A stretch of DNA of 7,176 nucleotides, taken from assembly GCF_965641715.1 (NCBI RefSeq), contig NZ_OZ282458.1. One strand, 5' to 3'. The notes under the pieces are model-generated. The model ran no database searches. It saw nothing but the letters and a program-made list of their open reading frames with translations, and was not told where the DNA came from. This document shows positions 1 through 4,668 of the stretch, piece by piece. The DNA comes from Escherichia coli. Lineage in GTDB: Bacteria > Pseudomonadota > Gammaproteobacteria > Enterobacterales > Enterobacteriaceae. Within the stretch, counting starts at the first letter, position 1. Every line of letters starts with the position of its first letter. A program made the position numbers and the translations under genes.

Positions 1-285
1 TTACTTGAACGCTGTGAGGGTAAACAACTGGCGGTATGGATGCGGCGGGTCTGCCTGGGGGAGCCGGTTGCCCGTTCCGGGAAGCTGCCGACACTGGCAC
101 CGCCGTTACTGCGTCAGCTGGCCGCCATCGGGAATAACCTGAATCAGACGGCGAGGAAGGTGAACAGCGAGCAGTGGTCTTCCGGTGACCGGGTTCAGGT
201 GGTGGCCGCACTGATGGCCATCGAGAGAGAGTTGCGCAGCTTACGGCAGGTCGTCAGGGAACATGGAGCGCGGGATGATAGTTAA
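1..285 (+). CDS. mbeC: Mobilization protein MbeC/MobC, 5'-truncated by the window edge (about 12 N-terminal codons missing)
   Basis: Frame 1 is open from position 1. Translation ...LAAIGNNLNQTARKVNSEQWSSGDRVQVVAALMAIERELRSLRQVVREHGARDDS matches my memory of ColE1-family MbeC. Stop TAA at 283-285 overlaps the mbeA start, the classic ColE1 arrangement. Confidence 0.85.
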   Translation, partial: LLERCEGKQLAVWMRRVCLGEPVARSGKLPTLAPPLLRQLAAIGNNLNQTARKVNSEQWSSGDRVQVVAALMAIERELRSLRQVVREHGARDDS

Positions 286-1828
286 GTTTCATGCCAGGGG
301 AAAAGGCGGTGGCAGTGGTCCGGTTGATTACCTGCTGGGAAGGGAGCGTAACCGGGAAGGGGCAACGGTGCTTCAGGGTGATCCGGAAGAAGTCCGGGAA
401 CTCATCGATGCCACGCCATTTGCGAAGAAATACACGTCAGGTGTTCTGTCGTTCGCGGAGAAGGAGCTGCCGCCGGGAGGACGTGAAAAGGTGATGGCGA
501 GCTTTGAGCGTGTACTGATGCCCGGTCTCGAAAAGAATCAGTACAGCATCCTGTGGGTAGAGCACCAGGACAAGGGACGGCTTGAGCTGAATTTTGTCAT
601 TCCGAACATGGAGCTACAGACCGGAAAACGCCTCCAGCCGTACTACGACCGGGCAGACAGGCCGAGAATTGATGCCTGGCAGACGCTGGTGAATCACCAT
701 TACGGGCTGCATGACCCCAACGCCCCGGAGAACCGCCGGACGCTGACCCTTCCTGATAACCTGCCGGAAACGAAACAGGCGCTTGCAGAGAGCGTCACAC
801 GCGGGATAGACGCTCTTTATCATGTCGGGGAGATAAAAGGCCGTCAGGATGTGATTCAGGCGCTCACAGAGGCAGGGCTTGAAGTGGTCAGGGTGACGCG
901 AAGCAGTATCAGCATTGCAGACCCGAACGGTGGGAAGAATATCAGGCTGAAAGGAGCATTTTATGAGCAATCTTTTACAGACGGGCGCGGAGTTCGAGAA
1001 AAAGCTGAAAGAGAGAGCCGAATCTACAGAGACAATGCTGAACGACGAGTTCAGCAAGCTCGAAAAATCTGTAAGCAAGGCTGTGACATCAAACGAGACG
1101 AAAATCAAAGACGCTATAGCCCTGTTCACAGCTTCGACAGAGGAATCACTGAAAAAACACCGGGAAGGGGTGAAAGAGGCGATGATGCAGCACAGGAAGG
1201 ACGTGTTAAAGCTGGCAGGGAATACGGGCATGATGTTACTGGGGATGGTCATTTTCCTGTTTACCGTGAGTGGCGGGACGCTCTGGTATCTTGGCGGGAT
1301 GATACAGGCGAACCTGGAAGAAATCAGGATACAGGAAGAAACATTGCAGAAACTGAACGCGAAGACATGGGGCGTGGAGTTTGTGCAGGACGGGAGAAGG
1401 AAATTTCTGGTCATCCCGCAGGGGAAATCGGCAACGGTGATTCCCTATCAGGGGAAGGACTGGGTACAACTGACGGAGTGACACAGAGTGACGGAGCTGG
1501 AAAGACATTTGCTGAACGCCTTAGAGCAACTGCAACAGGACTATATGCAGCGGCTGAACGAATGGGAGAGCGCCTTCGTGGAATTGCAGAAAATGTTTTC
1601 GCTTACGCAACAGGACAACGCGATGCTGAACGAGCAGGTCATGCAGTTGAGTCAGCAGGTGCAGCACTTGAGCGAGCGGACAGAACGCTTGAGCCAGTTA
1701 TACAGCGAGAACAGGAGATAAGGGACGAACGGCTGATACAGGAGCGCGAACATGAGTTATCCCTGGAGCGTGAGCGCCAGCTGGAAATACAGGAACGGAC
1801 ACTGGATGGCCCTTCGCTGGGATGGTAA
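275..1828 (+). CDS. mbeA: ColE1-type mobilization relaxase MbeA/MobA
   Basis: ORF beginning MIVKFHARGKGGGSGPVDYLLGRERNREGATVLQGDPEEVRELIDATPFAKKY... and ending ...ERTLDGPSLGW is near-identical to my recollection of ColE1 MbeA. ATG at 275 preferred over the track's ATG at 263 because MIVKF is the known N-terminus. Confidence 0.9.
   Translation: MIVKFHARGKGGGSGPVDYLLGRERNREGATVLQGDPEEVRELIDATPFAKKYTSGVLSFAEKELPPGGREKVMASFERVLMPGLEKNQYSILWVEHQDKGRLELNFVIPNMELQTGKRLQPYYDRADRPRIDAWQTLVNHHYGLHDPNAPENRRTLTLPDNLPETKQALAESVTRGIDALYHVGEIKGRQDVIQALTEAGLEVVRVTRSSISIADPNGGKNIRLKGAFYEQSFTDGRGVREKAERESRIYRDNAERRVQQARKICKQGCDIKRDENQRRYSPVHSFDRGITEKTPGRGERGDDAAQEGRVKAGREYGHDVTGDGHFPVYREWRDALVSWRDDTGEPGRNQDTGRNIAETEREDMGRGVCAGREKEISGHPAGEIGNGDSLSGEGLGTTDGVTQSDGAGKTFAERLRATATGLYAAAERMGERLRGIAENVFAYATGQRDAERAGHAVESAGAALERADRTLEPVIQREQEIRDERLIQEREHELSLERERQLEIQERTLDGPSLGW
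963..1481 (+). CDS. mbeB: Mobilization protein MbeB, encoded entirely inside mbeA in an alternate frame
   Basis: 172-aa ORF MSNLLQTGAEFEKKLKERAESTETMLNDEFSKLEKS... Nested position within mbeA is the known ColE1 organisation. Contains a hydrophobic segment (MMLLGMVIFLFTVSGGTLWYLGGMI). Confidence 0.8.
   Translation: MSNLLQTGAEFEKKLKERAESTETMLNDEFSKLEKSVSKAVTSNETKIKDAIALFTASTEESLKKHREGVKEAMMQHRKDVLKLAGNTGMMLLGMVIFLFTVSGGTLWYLGGMIQANLEEIRIQEETLQKLNAKTWGVEFVQDGRRKFLVIPQGKSATVIPYQGKDWVQLTE
1488..1721 (+). CDS. mbeD: Mobilization protein MbeD (small coiled-coil protein), GTG start, overlapping the 3' part of mbeA
   Basis: GTG at 1488-1490 immediately after the mbeB stop (1479-1481). Product TELERHLLNALEQLQQDYMQRLNEWESAFVELQ... 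sits at the position of ColE1 mbeD. Confidence 0.7.
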   Translation: MTELERHLLNALEQLQQDYMQRLNEWESAFVELQKMFSLTQQDNAMLNEQVMQLSQQVQHLSERTERLSQLYSENRR

Positions 1829-1949
1829 TCAGAGACAGGCTAAAATGTTGTCAGCGCGTTTCCGGTGCATTTTTTGGGATAATGGTTGGTTCGGGGGCAC
1901 CGGGAACGCGCTTCAGTCAGACCTTGCTGAAAACACAGGAACGCGTTAA
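1752..1949 (+). CDS. Possible small mob-associated ORF (MbeE-like position) overlapping the mbeA 3' end; uncertain
   Basis: 65-aa ORF at the position where ColE1 carries a fifth small mob ORF. I do not recognise the protein sequence itself, so this is positional only. Confidence 0.3.
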   Translation: MSYPWSVSASWKYRNGHWMALRWDGNQRQAKMLSARFRCIFWDNGWFGGTGNALQSDLAENTGTR

Positions 1950-2039
1950 AACGCATACGGGCGCGATTCTGGTGTGTCTTTTGTTGCTGTGTTTTGCCTC
2001 TATTGCCAGATCGCGCTCATTCCCCTGAACTTCTGTTTT

Positions 2040-2280
2040 CCCGCTCCGGTCCCCGTCTTCTTCGCTTCCGAAAGCATGAAAAAAATCCGTTTCAGCAGTC
2101 TCTGGCTGGCAATTCCTGCGTGATTCACATGGCTGCATAGCTATGCATGTGGTTAAAATTTACCGGGTGCGATCGCGGCAGTTTTTCGGGTGGTTTGTTG
2201 CCATTTTTACCTGTCTGCTGCCGTGATCGCACCGAACGCGTTTCTGCGGTGCGGGCAACGGATGTTATGGTAAATACAAT
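2040..2280. promoter_or_regulatory. cer: cer-like plasmid multimer-resolution site (accessory sequences plus XerC/XerD core)
   Basis: Segment cgcggcagtttttcgggtggtttgttgccatttttacctgtctgctgccgtgatcgc...gaacgcgttt...gcggtgcg...ttatggtaaat closely matches recalled ColE1 cer. Perfect palindrome tgcatagctatgca at 2134-2147 lies about 110 bp upstream of the core, where ArgR binds in cer. Confidence 0.75.
2248..2275. promoter_or_regulatory. XerC/XerD recombination core: XerC arm GGTGCGGGCAA, 6-bp central region CGGATG, XerD arm TTATGGTAAAT
   Basis: XerD arm is identical to the ColE1 cer/dif-type consensus TTATGGTAAAT. XerC arm differs from cer (GGTGCGTACAA) at two positions. Central region is 6 bp rather than the 8 bp of ColE1 cer. 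Confidence 0.7.
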
Positions 2281-2332
2281 ATGCAGCCAGTCTTAGAGAC
2301 GAAAAGTCCGCCCAGAAGACTGACTTTTCAGA

Positions 2333-2539
2333 TCAACCTTCAGCATCTAACTTGTCTATCGCTTTTTTATTGCGCCGATAGGTAGCCATTAGTTCACCAT
2401 CGCCTGATTGTAAGTCACGACCTGCTTGCTCAGCATAGGTATCGTTTACAGTCTTAGCGCCTTTTTTATAGGCCTTTTTAACATCATCAAATCCGGCTTG
2501 GATGACTTCTTTCGGCTTTTCTTGAGGTAATTTAGCCAT
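2333..2539 (-). CDS. Hypothetical 68-aa protein, second gene of a two-gene operon; function unknown
   Basis: ORF MAKLPQEKPKEVIQAGFDDVKKAYKKGAKTVNDTYAEQAGRDLQSGDGELMATYRRNKKAIDKLDAEG. ATG at 2539 preceded by GAGGA with 8-nt spacing. Start overlaps the upstream gene's stop (ATGGCTAA, 8-bp overlap), implying translational coupling. AT-rich like the neighbouring R-M genes. Confidence 0.6.
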   Translation of the reverse strand: MAKLPQEKPKEVIQAGFDDVKKAYKKGAKTVNDTYAEQAGRDLQSGDGELMATYRRNKKAIDKLDAEG

Positions 2540-2915
2540 GCTGTGAATCCTCTATAAGGTTGATTATTTTTCCAACAGATAAGACGGCATCTTCTGTGTC
2601 GCTGATTTTATGATTTATCCAACCGTCCTCTATCTTTAATTTGTTCACTACTCCTAATGTAAAAACAACCTTTTTTTCAGGAAAGAAAATTGCAAAGGTT
2701 CTACTTTTCTCTTTCCAATCAGAGGGCGGCGTCGAACGGAACGCTACATTCCTCGATTTAAGTATCGCTTTGATTTTACTAATTAATTCTTTTTTTTGTT
2801 TATTGCTGAGATTTTTGACGAACCCTTTGCTGAGATTGTCTGTGTAATCATCAAAAGAAATATCAACTGGTTTGTTTTTTTGTTTTTTATCAGATAGATG
2901 AACAATGTTTGACAC
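2532..2915 (-). CDS. Hypothetical 127-aa lysine-rich protein, first gene of the two-gene operon; function unknown
   Basis: ORF ...SNIVHLSDKKQKNKPVDISFDDYTDNLSKGFVKNLSNKQKKELISKIKAILKSRNVAFRSTPPSDWKEKSRTFAIFFPEKKVVFTLGVVNKLKIEDGWINHKISDTEDAVLSVGKIINLIEDSQHG. Initiation codon at 2915 is GTG, preceded by AGGA with 6-nt spacing. No motif I recognise. Confidence 0.6.
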   Translation of the reverse strand: MSNIVHLSDKKQKNKPVDISFDDYTDNLSKGFVKNLSNKQKKELISKIKAILKSRNVAFRSTPPSDWKEKSRTFAIFFPEKKVVFTLGVVNKLKIEDGWINHKISDTEDAVLSVGKIINLIEDSQHG

Positions 2916-3054
2916 TGGATATCCTGCTTTTTGATGAATGAATACTCAGAAGAGTAGCGGAACTGTCTTGTTAGTCACAGAGGTAGAGTATCAATTCTAC
3001 GATAGATGGGTTCGAAGATCCGGCTGAGACCGTTCAGTACGCGGTCGAGATGTT

Positions 3055-3059
3055 ATGTT
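3055..3059. repeat. 5-bp target-site duplication ATGTT, left copy
   Basis: ATGTT immediately outside the GGGG terminus of the left inverted repeat; identical pentamer at 3269-3273. Confidence 0.8.
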
Positions 3060-3097
3060 GGGGTCTGAAGTCCAATGGAACGAAAACGTACGTTAGT
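3060..3097 (+). repeat. Left terminal inverted repeat, Tn3 family
   Basis: GGGGTCTGAAGTCCAATGGAACGAAAACGTACGTTAGT matches the Tn3 right-end IR recalled from pBR322/pUC (GGGGTCTGACGCTCAGTGGAACGAAAACTCACGTTAAG) at about 30 of 38 positions, and is closer to the gamma-delta/Tn1000-type end as I recall it. Confidence 0.8.
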
Positions 3098-3230
3098 GAA
3101 GTAACTGTATGATATATCAAGACATAATAGACATAGAAAAACGCCATCAAAACGGTGTCTTTTTAATCGAAAATTGGCACTTAACGGACGGCATTGTCTA
3201 CTAATCGATTTTTAAGACGATAATTTTCCT

Positions 3231-3268
3231 CTTACCGTACATTTTCGTACGGTTGGCCCTCAAACCCC
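3231..3268 (-). repeat. Right terminal inverted repeat, Tn3 family
   Basis: Reverse complement of 3231-3268 is GGGGTTTGAGGGCCAACCGTACGAAAATGTACGGTAAG, matching the left IR at 28 of 38 positions including the GGGG terminus and the ACGAAAA core. Confidence 0.8.
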
Positions 3269-3273
3269 ATGTT
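3269..3273. repeat. 5-bp target-site duplication ATGTT, right copy
   Basis: ATGTT immediately outside the right IR terminus; identical to 3055-3059. Confidence 0.8.
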
Positions 3274-3519
3274 CAATGTAATGACCGTCGAAATTGCCTT
3301 TACGGGCATGAAGCAACCAGGAGCAATCATTGGCAAAGGTAACTAGAGTTCAATGCATGGTAATCATTTTTGAGCTTGTGATGCATAGAGTTGGTTGCTG
3401 TTCCATTGCGTCTCAAACTCCGTCAAGATGCTCGCCGTAAAAGCGAGCATGTCTAGTATGCCTGTTCCGCTACTGATTTTTGATGGGCGAATTCAGGGCT
3501 GGCTAGCCACCAAGAAAAA

Positions 3520-4581
3520 TTACTTTATTTCATCAAACAGGTGAGATGCAGTATAATAAACGCTTTGATCAAAGCGTCTCTCTGGGCTTAATTTATTTTG
3601 CCCGCCATTTAAAATTATTTCTTTTAATACTGATGGTGGAAGGATGGGTTTTGTTCTTCTTGGGTGATCCATATAAGCTTTTGTTATTTTTCCGTTTAGC
3701 GAGAACTCTTTATCACTTTGATATCCAAAGTTCATCTCAGTATAAATTCTATTGATGTTTGTCTTGTTTTTGCTCGCAATTTCATACACCATTCTGGCGA
3801 GTCTGGCTGATGATCTCATTAGTCTGCTGGCAGATGAATTGTTATATGAGGATCTATCAATAAAGGTTCGACACAAAGCAAAATCACTCCAGATGAATAT
3901 GTCAAAGGCATTTTGATCTAATATTGGGCTCTTGCCTTTTGTTTTCCATAATGGTTGCATTAAAAAAGGTTTCTGGTAATCAAGAAAATTTTCTTGGAAA
4001 GTGTTTAGGCAATTTAATATATTTTCTTTCTTTGAAAGAACTTCAGTTTCATTCCCCCAGTGCTGTATGCTTTCGCATGTGGATTCAAATATTTTTCTTA
4101 TTTCATGGAATTTATCGCTGCAAGAGTGCATTATGCCAAGGGCACAATAAGAAGTGCTTGCAGGTCTTATTACAATCTCTGAACTCCATTCGCTCTCGTT
4201 TTCTTTATATGTCGTGCTATCTGGGAGTACGGTTAATTTTATTTCTAGTGCTTTTAAAAAACTATTGTTTCCTTTTATAACTAGATCTATTCCTTTTATG
4301 TCATCATAAGCATACTGTTGGTATGGTTCATATTTTTTCTCAAATTGAAATTCAAGATCACTATTTTTTAATGTTGTGTTAAAAACGAAGTCAAAAGATA
4401 CTTCTTTGGCATGCACTTTTAAATCCTTATCTAAATAAAGATAAATCGGATTCATTTTGTTGTCTCTCATATAACATGCTAGAGAGGTGGGAAAAGAACT
4501 GTTAAATTGGTTCTTTCCCCACAGATCGCTCTCTTTCCTGTTGGTGTTTTTTAAACCATAAAGAGATTCTATTTTGCTCAC
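3520..4581 (-). CDS. Putative Type II restriction endonuclease, PD-(D/E)xK-like
   Basis: 353-aa ORF divergent from the C5-methyltransferase gene. GTG start at 4581 preceded by AGGAG with 6-nt spacing. Translation contains D99 (GIDLVIK) then 13 residues to E113-I-K115 (ALEIKL), the spacing expected for a PD-(D/E)xK catalytic core. AT-rich. No match recalled to a named enzyme. Confidence is about 0.85 that it is a real gene, about 0.55 for the function. Confidence 0.6.
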   Translation of the reverse strand: MSKIESLYGLKNTNRKESDLWGKNQFNSSFPTSLACYMRDNKMNPIYLYLDKDLKVHAKEVSFDFVFNTTLKNSDLEFQFEKKYEPYQQYAYDDIKGIDLVIKGNNSFLKALEIKLTVLPDSTTYKENESEWSSEIVIRPASTSYCALGIMHSCSDKFHEIRKIFESTCESIQHWGNETEVLSKKENILNCLNTFQENFLDYQKPFLMQPLWKTKGKSPILDQNAFDIFIWSDFALCRTFIDRSSYNNSSASRLMRSSARLARMVYEIASKNKTNINRIYTEMNFGYQSDKEFSLNGKITKAYMDHPRRTKPILPPSVLKEIILNGGQNKLSPERRFDQSVYYTASHLFDEIK

Positions 4582-4668
4582 TTTTTGCTCCTGACGTCAA
4601 TTTATTGACGTCTATGGTGTGTTTCTATATCATGATGTGGAGTGATATGATAATGAGTTTTTTATGTT
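4582..4668. promoter_or_regulatory. Divergent R/M promoter-operator region with tandem TTGACGTCAA palindromes
   Basis: cTGACGTCAAtttaTTGACGTCta at 4591-4614 gives two copies of a palindromic decamer 4 bp apart. The second copy supplies a -35 (TTGACG, 4605-4610) for the plus-strand M promoter; 17-bp spacer; -10 TATCAT at 4628-4633. The R-gene SD lies directly beside the first copy. Confidence 0.5.

Larger units (their letters stand above)
3060..3268. mobile_element. 209-bp non-autonomous Tn3-family-derived miniature inverted-repeat element (TIME-like), no transposase or resolvase
   Basis: 38-bp terminal inverted repeats with GGGG outer ends at both termini, flanked by a perfect 5-bp direct repeat ATGTT (the TSD length typical of Tn3-family transposition). 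Interior of about 133 bp is AT-rich with no credible ORF. Confidence 0.8.

Noticed and set aside
291-494. 67-aa ORF in an alternate frame at the start of mbeA
   Set aside because: Arginine-rich frame-shifted translation of mbeA, with no ribosome-binding site or known counterpart. The minus-strand ORF at 1236-1508 is rejected for the same reason.
614-1414. 266-aa ORF on the minus strand inside mbeA
   Set aside because: Entirely antisense to a confidently identified relaxase gene. Long antisense open frames are common in GC-rich coding sequence and the product resembles nothing.
1822-2028. 68-aa ORF overlapping the mbeA end and the cer-proximal region
   Set aside because: No ribosome-binding site, overlaps better-supported features, and the product is low-complexity.
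2641-2847. 68-aa plus-strand ORF inside the 127-aa gene
   Set aside because: Antisense to an ORF with a good start context; hydrophobic, low-complexity product typical of AT-rich antisense frames.
3008-3022. tRNA T-arm-like GGTTCGAA motif
   Set aside because: No flanking acceptor, D-arm or anticodon-arm complementarity; isolated chance match.
3127-3175. Possible intrinsic terminator inside the miniature element (ACGCC-loop-GGTGT followed by CTTTTT)
   Set aside because: The stem is only 5 bp and includes a G-U pair; too weak to call from sequence alone.
3034-3450. Small minus-strand ORFs in the intergenic span: 37 aa hydrophobic MAFFYVYYVLIYHTVTSLTYVFVPL... (3034-3147), 32 aa (3232-3330), 30 aa (3358-3450), considered as type I toxin or leader peptides
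   Set aside because: None has a convincing Shine-Dalgarno sequence. The 37-aa ORF straddles the left inverted repeat of the miniature element. The hydrophobicity is what T-rich sequence produces by default. Worth revisiting only if ribosome profiling shows translation.
3546-4280. Plus-strand ORFs (3546-3755 and 3924-4280) inside the R gene
   Set aside because: Antisense to the 353-aa ORF; F/L/I-rich products characteristic of AT-rich antisense reading frames.
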